The notes under the pieces are model-generated. The model did not search any database. It was not told the origin of the DNA and saw nothing but the letters and a program-made list of their open reading frames with translations. 64,000 bases of DNA, taken from contig DAICZW010000001.1 of NCBI GenBank assembly GCA_027310965.1, positions 37,236-101,235 on the forward strand. Direction: 5' to 3'. Both the position numbers and the translations under genes were made by a program. Positions 9,172 through 17,692 of this stretch are shown piece after piece. Positions within the stretch are counted from its first letter, which is position 1; every line of letters begins with the position of its first letter. Source of the DNA: a bacterium. GTDB taxonomy: Bacteria; Patescibacteriota; Minisyncoccia; UBA6257; 2-01-FULL-56-20.

Positions 9172-9222
9172 TCGTTTGCTATCCTGTTTTTGATGGTTGT
9201 TAAAAACAGGATAGCAAACGAA
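9172..9222. repeat. Perfect 20-bp inverted repeat TCGTTTGCTATCCTGTTTTT-N11-AAAAACAGGATAGCAAACGA
   Basis: Seen directly in the tsaD-valS intergenic region. Lies just upstream of the putative valS -35 element. Confidence 0.7.
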
Positions 9223-9261
9223 TATGAACGCTTTCGCAAACCGATAAATAGGAAGGTATAA

Positions 9262-9295
9262 AAATACTTTTATCGAAACAATCGTTCCGATAAAA
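9262..9295. promoter_or_regulatory. 13-4-13 palindromic operator-like motif ACTTTTATCGAAAC-AATC-GTTCCGATAAAAGT, copy 2 of 3
   Basis: The same palindrome occurs at 1797..1830 and 22033..22062, always in intergenic DNA. Confidence 0.45.
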
Positions 9296-9315
9296 GTATT
9301 TTTGCATTGCGCGTA

Positions 9316-10341
9316 TTAAATATCCAGATCTCCTTTCGCGGCGAGCTTATATTTTTTTTTGCGGAGGAACGCCATAAAGCCGGCGGTGGCAATCATCGCG
9401 GCATTGTCCTGGTTATACGCGGCGTCGGGAACGAAAAACGCGCAGCCGATCCTTTCGGATTCTTTCTTAAGCGTTTTCCGGAGAAGTTTGTTCGACGCGA
9501 CGCCGCCGGAAAGCAGAACCGATCGCGCACCGTATTCTTTCGCCGCGCGGATCGTTTTTGCGGCAAGGACATCGACGGCGGCCTGCTGGAACGAAGCGGC
9601 GACATCGGCGCCGTCCGCATTTTTATGGCTGCGCAAATAATAGAGCACGGCGGTCTTCAGTCCCGAAAAGCTGAAATCATAGTTTTTGTCGCGCATCATC
9701 GGCCGGGGAAAATCAATCGCGCGCGCGTCGCCCTTGCGCGCAATCTTTTCTATTTCCGGGCCGCCCGGGTAGGGGAGCTCCAACAGCCGCGCAACCTTAT
9801 CGAATGCTTCGCCGGCGGCATCGTCGCGCGTTTCGCCGAGCCGTTTCCATTTTTCGAATGTATCCATCTTGAGGACGATCGTATGTCCGCCGCTTGCAAT
9901 CAGAGCGACGGCGGGGAAAAGAGCCGGACGGCGCGCGGCGGGTGATGTACGATGCGCGGGAAGTAAAAAACTGTACAGGTGTCCTTCGAGGTGGTTTGCG
10001 CCGATAAGAGGTTTCTTCAATCGTGCGGCGAGTTCTTCCGCGAAATTGATGCCGGTCCAGAGCGCCGGTTCAAGTCCGGGCCCGACGGTGACGGCGACGA
10101 GATCGACGGAATTGAGCATCGAGCATCGAGCATTTAGTTTTTTGAGGAGCAGCGGAAGATTTTTGATGTGTTCCCGTTTCGCGAGATTGGGAACGACGCC
10201 GCCGAACGGGCGGTGAATCTTTATCTGCGACGCAACCAGACTTTTTAAAATTTTGAATTTCGGATTCCGCAATCCGCCCGTCGCTTCCACCAGGGCAACG
10301 CCGGTTTCGTCGCAGCTTGTTTCAATGGCGAGAATGCGCAT
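9316..10341 (-). CDS. tsaD: tRNA N6-adenosine threonylcarbamoyltransferase TsaD (Kae1/Gcp family)
   Basis: MRILAIETSCDETGVALV N-terminus plus HxEGH-type metal-binding region. The ORF track gives 9316..10527; the start was moved to the ATG at 10341, which matches TsaD homologues. Confidence 0.9.
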   Translation of the reverse strand: MRILAIETSCDETGVALVEATGGLRNPKFKILKSLVASQIKIHRPFGGVVPNLAKREHIKNLPLLLKKLNARCSMLNSVDLVAVTVGPGLEPALWTGINFAEELAARLKKPLIGANHLEGHLYSFLLPAHRTSPAARRPALFPAVALIASGGHTIVLKMDTFEKWKRLGETRDDAAGEAFDKVARLLELPYPGGPEIEKIARKGDARAIDFPRPMMRDKNYDFSFSGLKTAVLYYLRSHKNADGADVAASFQQAAVDVLAAKTIRAAKEYGARSVLLSGGVASNKLLRKTLKKESERIGCAFFVPDAAYNQDNAAMIATAGFMAFLRKKKYKLAAKGDLDI

Positions 10342-10399
10342 GATGTTTTTACGGATAAAACCCGGCGGTCGCAAAATTTGCGTGCACGCCGATCTTTCT

Positions 10400-10891
10400 T
10401 TATTCTTCCGACGATTTTTTATGCCGGGGCGCAAAATGGATATGCATAAAACTGTCGATGCCGAGGTAGCTGCCGGCGTTCGCGGCGACCAATACCAAAA
10501 GGCATACGATGATAAGGATTTCGTCATTGATAAATTGCGACGCGCTCACGGCGGAAAAATTTACAGTGGGTAAATAGCCCGCAAGCGTGAGGCCGATGCC
10601 GATAATGGACGCGAGACGGGTAAAGAGCCCTATGACGAGGCACGCGCCGATGATAAGGAATGCCCACTGGAAATAGAGCTGGACATGGCTTACCGGGATT
10701 GCCGTCGGCGCGCCGCTGCTCAGCCATTGATAGAGGCTTGCGAACGATCGCGCGCCGAGTTCACGTCCGAGCGGGACGTTAAAGATCGTACTGAAGCCGA
10801 GATAAAAAAAATTCAAACCGAGCGTGAGCCGCAGGAAAAAAATGACAAGCCGCAGGGAATGGGAAATTTTTGATTTGGCGGCGTTTTTCAT
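10400..10891 (-). CDS. DoxX-family membrane protein
   Basis: 163 aa, 4 TM segments, LTLGLNFFYLGFS-type DoxX pattern. Confidence 0.6.
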   Translation of the reverse strand: MKNAAKSKISHSLRLVIFFLRLTLGLNFFYLGFSTIFNVPLGRELGARSFASLYQWLSSGAPTAIPVSHVQLYFQWAFLIIGACLVIGLFTRLASIIGIGLTLAGYLPTVNFSAVSASQFINDEILIIVCLLVLVAANAGSYLGIDSFMHIHFAPRHKKSSEE

Positions 10892-10938
10892 GGATGATTA
10901 TGGTACAATGATAACATTATAACAAATATTTTACATCA

Positions 10939-11481
10939 ATGGAAAATCATAAAAAACATTCGCTTGGCCATCGCGCGTTCATTTTTTTCCTTTCAAAGCG
11001 CCTCAAGATCCCGTTCTTTATGTTTATACTTGTGGCGGTGTTTTGGTATACCGAACGATGGATTCCGTCGGGTCCATCGTTTTTTATATGGCAGATAGGG
11101 CAGGACTATATTACGAAGTTTTTTCTTCTTATGAGTATCGCGTATCTTGTTTTAGTGCTCGTGCGGACTTACCTGGAATATCGCTATTATACGTACGTTT
11201 TCACGGAGGAAGCGTTCGTGATGACGTCCGGTTATATTATGCGGAGCGAGGTTGCGGCGCTGTACCATCAGATCCAGAACGTGAATATCAATCGTGGCAT
11301 TCTCGACCGGCTTTCGGGCGTGAGCCATGTCGTCATTTTTATGACGGGTTCCGAGAGGGGCAATACGCACAATAAGATCGTCTTGCCGGCAGTAGGGAGA
11401 GCTAAGGCGAAACTGGTACAGAAGGAATTGCTCGTTCGCGCGCGCAATCATATCGCGCATGAATCCCCGCGGCCGGAGTAG
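10939..11481 (+). CDS. Membrane protein with a bacterial PH domain (YdbS/YdbT-like, DUF304)
   Basis: Two N-terminal TM helices followed by YTYVFTEEAFVMTSGYIMRSEVAALYHQIQNVNINRGILDRLSGVSHVVI, typical of bPH_2. Confidence 0.6.
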   Translation: MENHKKHSLGHRAFIFFLSKRLKIPFFMFILVAVFWYTERWIPSGPSFFIWQIGQDYITKFFLLMSIAYLVLVLVRTYLEYRYYTYVFTEEAFVMTSGYIMRSEVAALYHQIQNVNINRGILDRLSGVSHVVIFMTGSERGNTHNKIVLPAVGRAKAKLVQKELLVRARNHIAHESPRPE

Positions 11482-11757
11482 GGAATCCGCATAAGATTTC
11501 TTTAGAACCCGTCTCAAAAATAGCTTTTATAAAACTCCCGTGGGTTTCGTGGTGTTTAATGAAATTTTGTTTTGAAAAAAATCTTCGCGGTATTTGATGG
11601 CCTATTTGAGGCAAGTGTCGAGTTTTATAAAAAAGAAAAGGGCTCGCCGCGTAAATATGCGGAGAGCCCTGTGAAAAAAATCGCACGATGCGATGGATTG
11701 AATGGATCAATATCCGCCTCAACAGAGGCAAAAAATAAAAATATATTGGTCGGGCGT

Positions 11758-12471
11758 TCAAGGTTCCATTTGCTGCGGGACGGACACGGACGCCGAGCCG
11801 TATTCTTCGAATGCGCTGTCGATAACGATCGCGCAGAACCTCACCTCGTCGTCGAGGAAAAAGAAACACGGTGCTTCATTAAACGTGCCATTGGCGCTAC
11901 AGCTGAATTCGTCTCCTGCGCAGTTGATATAAAGATCATCGCCGTGCTTGAGACGTTCGGGATGCGTGAGAAGCATAATCCCGGTGGCGAATACGCCGAG
12001 GCCGGATTCGAAGGTATTCATAATTATGCGTGCCTTACGAATCGAGCGGCCCCTATGATGCCATCCGAACTGAGCCGCAATGACGAGGAAGTCATAATTC
12101 TTCTGTTCTCCGCCGAGTTTCCGGAATATTTTTTCCGACTTTTCGGATTGGCGGAGATGTCGCTGACCGAGCTGGCCATCACGATAGTTGTAGAATCTGC
12201 CGTTGCGAGCCTCCTTAATCCTGTCGAGCACCATCTGTACCGCTTCGTTGTAGGTTTTGGCCATCGTCTGCCACTTCGGGACGGCGAACCATCCTTCGGT
12301 GTTCGGCGGAAGCGGCCGTTCGGCAATTGTCTCGTCGGCGAAACCGATGCCGGGGAAAAGCTGATGTAAGATGTTTGTCTGTTCGGTGATGCTTTTCGGT
12401 TTGTAGCCTGAGAAGTATCCATAACCGGATTCCACCTCTTCTTCTTCGGCGAATTGTGCTTCTTGTGTCAT
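11758..12471 (-). CDS. Hypothetical protein (237 aa from the RBS-preceded ATG)
   Basis: The ORF-track start at 12546 is replaced by the ATG at 12471, which has a GGAGGTAGTA spacer-compatible RBS. Conserved-looking FGWHHRGRS and CAGDEFSC segments, no family assignable. Confidence 0.5.
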   Translation of the reverse strand: MTQEAQFAEEEEVESGYGYFSGYKPKSITEQTNILHQLFPGIGFADETIAERPLPPNTEGWFAVPKWQTMAKTYNEAVQMVLDRIKEARNGRFYNYRDGQLGQRHLRQSEKSEKIFRKLGGEQKNYDFLVIAAQFGWHHRGRSIRKARIIMNTFESGLGVFATGIMLLTHPERLKHGDDLYINCAGDEFSCSANGTFNEAPCFFFLDDEVRFCAIVIDSAFEEYGSASVSVPQQMEP

Positions 12472-12778
12472 TACTACCTCCTCTTTTTTGGAATTACCGG
12501 ATGCCCTCCGGTTGGAGAAACGCCTCGATATGAGACGAGTATTCAAAGGGCTTGCGCGACCCGCTGAACACTCATCTCATATACAGACAGATAAAAACCT
12601 TGCATTTTTTTCAGTTGTCAAAGAGCGGATGTATTATAACTATGTATAGCAGAGTCGTCAATCGCGTTGCGCAAATTCAATCTTGAATTGCATTATTGAC
12701 GGCGGCGTTTCTGACGACTGGATTTTCGGCCGAAATACATAATCAAAGCAACAGATCTTTCATGAAGGATCTTTTTCC

Positions 12779-12806
12779 TTGACAATCACAGAGCGGCGGC
12801 TATACT
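12779..12806 (+). promoter_or_regulatory. Near-consensus sigma70 promoter upstream of rplJ
   Basis: TTGACA, 16 nt, TATACT. A ~150-nt leader precedes rplJ, which could be an L10 autoregulatory leader. Confidence 0.6.
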
Positions 12807-12968
12807 TATGAAGTAATTCCAAAGACAGCAGGTTGTGCCGGACACGGAAATCCTGCCGAGGAATAAACGGAAGGCGTTCGCTTTCGGTTTATTTCAACGA
12901 CCTTTGGATGGGTCGTTTTTTAAATAATACGGCGCGAATCCATTGTAATCCGCATTATCCGTACCAAT

Positions 12969-13490
12969 ATGAAAACAAAAATTCAAAAAACCGAAGAACT
13001 TGCGCGGGCGAAAGAGCTTTTGGAAAAGAGCCGGGCTTTGATATTCACCGATTTCACGAAAGTTCCCGCGGAAGACGTGCGGCGGCTGCGGCGGGAACTC
13101 AAGAAATCCGGCGCGCAATTTTTGGTCATCAAGAAGCGCCTTTTGTCCCTGCTTTTGAAAGAGAAGGGGATTGCCGCCGATCTTACACAGTTCAAGACGT
13201 CGGTCGGAACCGTTTTTTCCGAAAATGACATCGAGCGCGCGACCGCCCCCGCGTTCAAGTTCTTTTCCGCGCTTGAAATTCCCGAAGGATCGCCGAAGGA
13301 CATGTGGATCAAGCACCTTTTGGGCGGCTATGACATGGCGAAGAACAGTTCGTTCGATACCGCGCAGATCGTTTTCATCGGAAAGCTCCCGCCGCGCGAA
13401 GTGCTGTTGTCCCGGCTTTTGGGAACGCTCGCCGGTCCCATCAGATCGCTGTTATACGTGTTGGATGAAAAAGTAAAAAGGTCGAGCTAA
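12969..13490 (+). CDS. rplJ: 50S ribosomal protein L10
   Basis: [36 protein letters not shown], canonical L10 N-terminus. Confidence 0.9.
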   Translation: MKTKIQKTEELARAKELLEKSRALIFTDFTKVPAEDVRRLRRELKKSGAQFLVIKKRLLSLLLKEKGIAADLTQFKTSVGTVFSENDIERATAPAFKFFSALEIPEGSPKDMWIKHLLGGYDMAKNSSFDTAQIVFIGKLPPREVLLSRLLGTLAGPIRSLLYVLDEKVKRSS

Positions 13491-13509
13491 CGCAAGCATT
13501 ATTATTCCA

Positions 13510-13875
13510 ATGGCAAATAATTTAGAAGATATCATTACAAAGATAGAAACCTTGAGCGCGGTGGAGCTCGCGGAGCTCGTGCATAAGCTTGAAGAGAAGT
13601 TCGGCATCTCTGCGGCGGCTCCGGTCGCGGCGGCGGGTGCGGCGGCTCCGGCGGAGGACGAGAAGACCAGCTTTAACGTTCTTTTGAAATCGAGCGGCGA
13701 AAGCAAATTGAATGTCATCAAAGTCGTTCGTGAAGTGACGGCGCTTGGCCTCAAGGAAGCGAAGGATCTGGTGGATGCCGCTCCGAAAGTGGTGAAAGAG
13801 GGACTGAAGAAAGAGGAAGCGGAAGAGATAAAGAAAAAACTTGAAGCTGCCGGCGCGACGGTCGAGCTGCAGTAA
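13510..13875 (+). CDS. rplL: 50S ribosomal protein L7/L12
   Basis: Ala-rich hinge ([15 protein letters not shown]) and C-terminal [22 protein letters not shown]...ATVELQ. Confidence 0.95.
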   Translation: MANNLEDIITKIETLSAVELAELVHKLEEKFGISAAAPVAAAGAAAPAEDEKTSFNVLLKSSGESKLNVIKVVREVTALGLKEAKDLVDAAPKVVKEGLKKEEAEEIKKKLEAAGATVELQ

Positions 13876-13959
13876 GGAGAGGAAATTATTATCCGAGCCA
13901 GCTCTTTTTTGTCTGTTTTTTTTCTGTCATCCTCGCGGAGGCGATGGCAGACCCGCAAC

Positions 13960-13998
13960 AAAACCGTCCCGATGCGCATCGGGACGGTTTTGTTTTGT
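13960..13998 (+). terminator. Rho-independent terminator after rplL
   Basis: ACCGTCCCGATgcgcATCGGGACGGT hairpin followed by TTTTGTTTTG. Confidence 0.7.
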
Positions 13999-14049
13999 GT
14001 TATACTGTACACTGATATTAAACAAAAGGTCGGTTATCATTTTACGCTC

Positions 14050-14250
14050 ATGGAAGAAATAAAAAATCAGGAAAATAAAAGTTTTTGGAGGAAATTCAAC
14101 CCGCCGTTGAAAGAGCTTGAGGAGCGGCATCCGAATATCAGCATTTTGGAATTGTGGTGGGCGTGGTATTGGCGATTGGCGGTGCTCGTGATCGGCGTTT
14201 GCGTTATTTTCTTCGTCATTGCGCTGGTACTTTCGTTGTTCACGAAATAA
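14050..14250 (+). CDS. Small (66 aa) single-TM membrane protein, hypothetical
   Basis: In-frame ATG inside ORF 13909..14250 after the rplL terminator. C-terminal WWAWYWRLAVLVIGVCVIFFVIALVLSLF TM helix. Confidence 0.3.
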   Translation: MEEIKNQENKSFWRKFNPPLKELEERHPNISILELWWAWYWRLAVLVIGVCVIFFVIALVLSLFTK

Positions 14251-14601
14251 TTTCATATAGGACTTACGCGTTTGAAAAAATATTTTTAAAACGTCGGATG
14301 TTTCAAACCGCAACGGCTTGGCTCGTTCCTTCATTATTTTCCTGCGGTTTTCATCGCCGTAGTCGGACTACGGCTCAGAAAATCCTCGGGAAATGCCTCG
14401 TGCTTGGCCAAGCGCGTACGTCCTATAAAAAATTGAGATTCATGCGCATCATTGCGCTTTTAAGCGACGATTTCCTTTAATCGATTGAAGAAATCGTTAT
14501 TTTAACTTATGCTTTTACAGCAGGTGTTTTTACCGTTTTTTCCTGTATCGCTTGCATTATGGCGCCGGGCGGAAGGAAAATTTTTAATTGCGCATCATGC
14601 C

Positions 14602-14640
14602 GCGTCTTTAGCTCAGCGGTAGAGCGTTTTGTTCACAACC
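14602..14640 (+). other. Truncated tRNA-like fragment (acceptor 5' half, D arm and a CAC-containing loop; no T arm)
   Basis: GCGTCTTTAGCTCAGCGGTAGAGCG is near-identical to the first 25 nt of the adjacent tRNA-Val, but the rest cannot fold into a cloverleaf. Confidence 0.3.
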
Positions 14641-14651
14641 CGCCTGCCGAA

Positions 14652-14724
14652 GCGTGCATAGCTCAGTGGTTAGAGCGCTCCGTTCACATCGGAGAGGTCC
14701 CTGGTTCGATTCCAGGTGCGCGCA
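14652..14724 (+). tRNA. tRNA-Val (anticodon CAC); CCA not encoded
   Basis: Acceptor GCGTGCA/TGCGCGC (one G-U pair); D arm GCTC-AGTGGTTA-GAGC; anticodon stem CTCCG/CGGAG with loop TTCACAT; T arm CCTGG-TTCGATT-CCAGG. Confidence 0.85.
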
Positions 14725-14793
14725 CAAAATTTCGCAGCGGGCAGGTCGGAGAAGCCGCAGGTTTGATCCCCGTAAGACGCACCCAATTATTAA

Positions 14794-15171
14794 ATGACTA
14801 AAAAAATGGCTAAAAATTTTTCCGATAATTTCAGGGCCGCTTTCAGCGGGTTCAGGGAGACGGTGATTTTCGAAAAGAGTTTTAAAATAATGCTCGTCAT
14901 AACCGCGCTCGTGGCGGCCGCCATGTTTTATTTTCCCACTTCGCGACTGGAAAAAATAATACTCCTGCTCACGATTTTTGCCGTGCTTATTCTGGAGCTC
15001 ATCAATACGACCGTTGAAAGGATTATGGACGTGATAGTCCCCGAACACGACAACAGGGTGAGAATCATCAAAGATTTGATGGCCGCCATAGTGCTCCTCG
15101 CGAGCTGCGGCGCCGCTCTTGTCGGCATTTTGGTTTTCCTCCCGTATATTTTGAATTTATTCGCGCACTGA
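14794..15171 (+). CDS. dgkA: Diacylglycerol kinase / undecaprenol kinase (DgkA family)
   Basis: 3-TM protein with the ELINTTVERIMD motif (DgkA ELxNTAIE signature). Confidence 0.8.
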   Translation: MTKKMAKNFSDNFRAAFSGFRETVIFEKSFKIMLVITALVAAAMFYFPTSRLEKIILLLTIFAVLILELINTTVERIMDVIVPEHDNRVRIIKDLMAAIVLLASCGAALVGILVFLPYILNLFAH

Positions 15172-15264
15172 TGCCGCCGGCGTGCGGGCGCGCAGGATGT
15201 TTTATTCGAATAATCCCGAATTTAAGCCGGATAAATAAGATACAGCGAATAGAAGTTATATAAA

Positions 15265-15296
15265 AAATAGGCCTCATTGCTGAGGCCTATAAAATC
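15265..15296. terminator. Hairpin terminator downstream of dgkA
   Basis: TAGGCCTCAttgcTGAGGCCTA, perfect 9-bp stem. Confidence 0.5.
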
Positions 15297-15408
15297 AACA
15301 GTTAGATAGAAGATGATACTGAATGTAGTATAACATATCCATAATTTCTGTCACGCAACACAAGAGCGCAGTTCGCGGATATGACGGGTTCCGGGATATA
15401 CTGTATTC

Positions 15409-15918
15409 ATGCAGGAATACGTGACCGAAGCAATCGTTTTGAGAAAGCAGGCGGTGGGGGATTGCGATTTCCGCTATGCTCTTTTTACGCGCCGTTTCGG
15501 GAAGATGGTGGCGAAAGCGAAAAGCGCGCGGAAAATCGCATCGAAGCTCGCCGGGCATCTGGAGCCGGGAAATATCGTACGTGCGCGGCTCATCGAAAGG
15601 AACGGCTTGCTGATTGCGGATGCGCTCAAAGAGACGCGGCTCGGCGTATCGCTTGCGGATCTTTCTTTTTTGTCGGATCTTTTACCTGAAAGAGAAGCGG
15701 AGCCGGATCTTTGGGCGGCGTGCGCCGCCGGAAAATTCGCGCGGCGCGATATCCTTCGCGCGCTTGGCTGGGATCCGGATTATGCCGCATGCGCCACATG
15801 CGATTCCCGTGCAATATATTTTTTTAATGTTTCCAGTCAGGATTTTTTTTGCCGGCGCTGCATCGGGAGCTATCTCAAGAACAAGCCGCGCGCCGCCCAT
15901 ATCTATTCTTTACTATAA
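15409..15918 (+). CDS. recO: DNA repair protein RecO (short form)
   Basis: N-terminal OB-fold-like EAIVLRKQAVGDCDFRYALFTRRFGKMVAKAKSAR and a C-terminal CATCDS...CRRC zinc-finger pair. Confidence 0.6.
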   Translation: MQEYVTEAIVLRKQAVGDCDFRYALFTRRFGKMVAKAKSARKIASKLAGHLEPGNIVRARLIERNGLLIADALKETRLGVSLADLSFLSDLLPEREAEPDLWAACAAGKFARRDILRALGWDPDYAACATCDSRAIYFFNVSSQDFFCRRCIGSYLKNKPRAAHIYSLL

Positions 15919-15991
15919 CAATTAGACATTCCATTTTTGCCGAGCTTGATTGAACCGGTGTTTTATCTCTGAGATGATGTAGTATAATAGT

Positions 15992-16663
15992 ATGATGCGT
16001 AAAAAAGTGGTGCTGTTCGATTTTGACGGGACGATTGCGGCGACCGTGCAGGCGGGTATCGATGTCTTCAATGAAATGGCGCGCGAGCAGGGTTTTTCGG
16101 AAGTAACGCCGGACAACATCCCGATGCTCAGGGAAAAAGGAGTGCGGCAAGCCGCGCAGGAATTGGGGATTCCGAGATTAAAAATACCGATGGTCGTGAG
16201 CCGGCTGAGAAAAGGAGTGCAGTCGCGGATTGCCGCGATCGCACCCATGCCCGGCATGAAGCAAATTCTCCTTGCGCTCAAGAAGAGCGGCTGTGAACTC
16301 GGGATTGTCACGTCCAACTCAAAGAGGAATGTTCTCGCATTTCTCAAAAACAACCAGCTGGAAATTTTCGATTACATCAATGCCGGCAGCGGCGTTTTTT
16401 ATAAGGCGCGCGCGATACGGCATACGGTCGAAAGCAACGGCCTCGAAGATCATGAGATAATTTTCGTCGGGGATGAGATCAGGGATGTTGTCGCGGCGAG
16501 GAAGAATAAGATCACGGTTATTGCGGTCGCATGGGAAACTAATTCGAAAAAAGGATTGGAAGAGGCGGGCGCCGATTTCGTCGCCGGCACCCCCGAAGAG
16601 CTTGCGGCGCTTCTTGCTGATTTTTCCGAGATGACGTCGGAAGAAATGGAATACAGTATTTAG
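15992..16663 (+). CDS. HAD-superfamily hydrolase (subfamily IA, phosphoglycolate-phosphatase-like)
   Basis: VVLFDFDGTIAAT motif I, TSNSK motif II, and a GDEIRD motif IV region. Confidence 0.8.
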   Translation: MMRKKVVLFDFDGTIAATVQAGIDVFNEMAREQGFSEVTPDNIPMLREKGVRQAAQELGIPRLKIPMVVSRLRKGVQSRIAAIAPMPGMKQILLALKKSGCELGIVTSNSKRNVLAFLKNNQLEIFDYINAGSGVFYKARAIRHTVESNGLEDHEIIFVGDEIRDVVAARKNKITVIAVAWETNSKKGLEEAGADFVAGTPEELAALLADFSEMTSEEMEYSI

Positions 16664-16720
16664 TATTTAGAATATAGAATTCTGAATTTTACCTACTAAA
16701 TTCTAAATACTATATTCTAT
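16655..16720. terminator. AT-rich inverted repeat between the convergent HAD and smpB genes (bidirectional terminator candidate)
   Basis: AGTATTTAGAAT ... ATTCTAAATACT 12-bp perfect inverted repeat. Confidence 0.45.
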
Positions 16721-17157
16721 ATTTTATTTTGCCGCATCTCGCGGATGTGCGCGCGCTTTTTCAGATCCTCGCGCCGATCGGAAGTTCGCTTCATGCGGCC
16801 GAGACCCAGTTCTATTTTTATGAAACCACGCTTGAGGTAGACGCGCAGGGGAATAAGCATGCGCCCTTTTTCGTTAAGCGCCCCCGTGAATTTTTTAATT
16901 TCGTCTTTCCGCAAAAGCAACCGGCGCGCCCGGTCTTCTTCGTAATTTGCCGGTGCGTTTTTCGGCTGATAGGGAGGGATATGCGCATTCACGAGCCATA
17001 CTTCGCCGCCGCGGATAAGCGCCCGCGCGCCCGCGATCTGAAACCGGCCGCCTTTCGCGCTTTTCACTTCCTGTCCGGTGAGTTCAATGCCTGCTTCGGC
17101 GGCCATTTCGATTTCATAATCGTGCCGCGCCCGCCGGTTTTCCGCAATGTCGTCCAT
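16717..17157 (-). CDS. smpB: SsrA-binding protein SmpB
   Basis: NRRARHDYEIEMAAEAGIELTGQEVKS...LLRKDEIKKF, canonical SmpB. Confidence 0.9.
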   Translation of the reverse strand: MDDIAENRRARHDYEIEMAAEAGIELTGQEVKSAKGGRFQIAGARALIRGGEVWLVNAHIPPYQPKNAPANYEEDRARRLLLRKDEIKKFTGALNEKGRMLIPLRVYLKRGFIKIELGLGRMKRTSDRREDLKKRAHIREMRQNKI

Positions 17158-17256
17158 GAAACAATTATGGACGAAGATTGCTTGACAAGCAAATTATAAT
17201 TGCTGATACTAAAGCCAGTGCAGTCTTCATAACTTAAAAAAATAGGAGGTGGTTTT

Positions 17257-17484
17257 ATGGGAACTTTAATGGGAACTTTGAAGGATAATTCGAGGTGGAA
17301 GTGGAAGGAGTGGAAGGAATGTAATAAGTGTTCCGGCAAGGGCCAGATAAAATGCCTCAATTGTGGCGGTACCGGCAAGCGCCAATACGGTATTGATAGT
17401 TATAATTGCGCGCAGTGTGGCGGAAGCGGAACCGTGACCTGCCGTGTTTGTGGCGGCGGAGGTCGTGTCGCTATCGCCGGATAA
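17257..17484 (+). CDS. Stand-alone DnaJ-type (CxxCxGxG x4) zinc-finger microprotein, 75 aa
   Basis: CNKCSGKG, CLNCGGTG, CAQCGGSG, CRVCGGGG. Strong RBS AGGAGGTGGTTTT before the ATG; a terminator follows. Confidence 0.6.
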   Translation: MGTLMGTLKDNSRWKWKEWKECNKCSGKGQIKCLNCGGTGKRQYGIDSYNCAQCGGSGTVTCRVCGGGGRVAIAG

Positions 17485-17490
17485 ATATTA

Positions 17491-17527
17491 CGCGCTCTCG
17501 ATTTTATTGGGAGCGCATTTTTTATTC
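17491..17527 (+). terminator. Rho-independent terminator after the zinc-finger microprotein gene
   Basis: GCGCTCTCgattttattGGGAGCGC followed by ATTTTTTATT. Confidence 0.6.
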
Positions 17528-17617
17528 TTCCCTTCCGCGGTATGCGCCGCGATGCCGGACAATGGAATCACGATTACGCCGCGTATTTTATTTCCATTAT
17601 GGCGCTGCGATTTTGAT

Positions 17618-17645
17618 TTGCTTATTTTTTGTAAAAATGTATAAT
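17618..17645 (+). promoter_or_regulatory. Putative sigma70 promoter of the PIN-PhoH gene
   Basis: TTGCTT, 16 nt, TATAAT. RBS AAAGGAGG lies 7 nt before the ATG at 17693. Confidence 0.5.
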
Positions 17646-17692
17646 AAATTCGGTTATTTGCTCTTCACAATTTAATATAAAAGGAGGTTTTT

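Noticed and set aside
10342-10527. N-terminal 62-codon extension of tsaD in the ORF track
   Set aside because: It would overlap the 3' end of the DoxX gene. TsaD homologues start at MRILAIETSCDETG (ATG at 10341).
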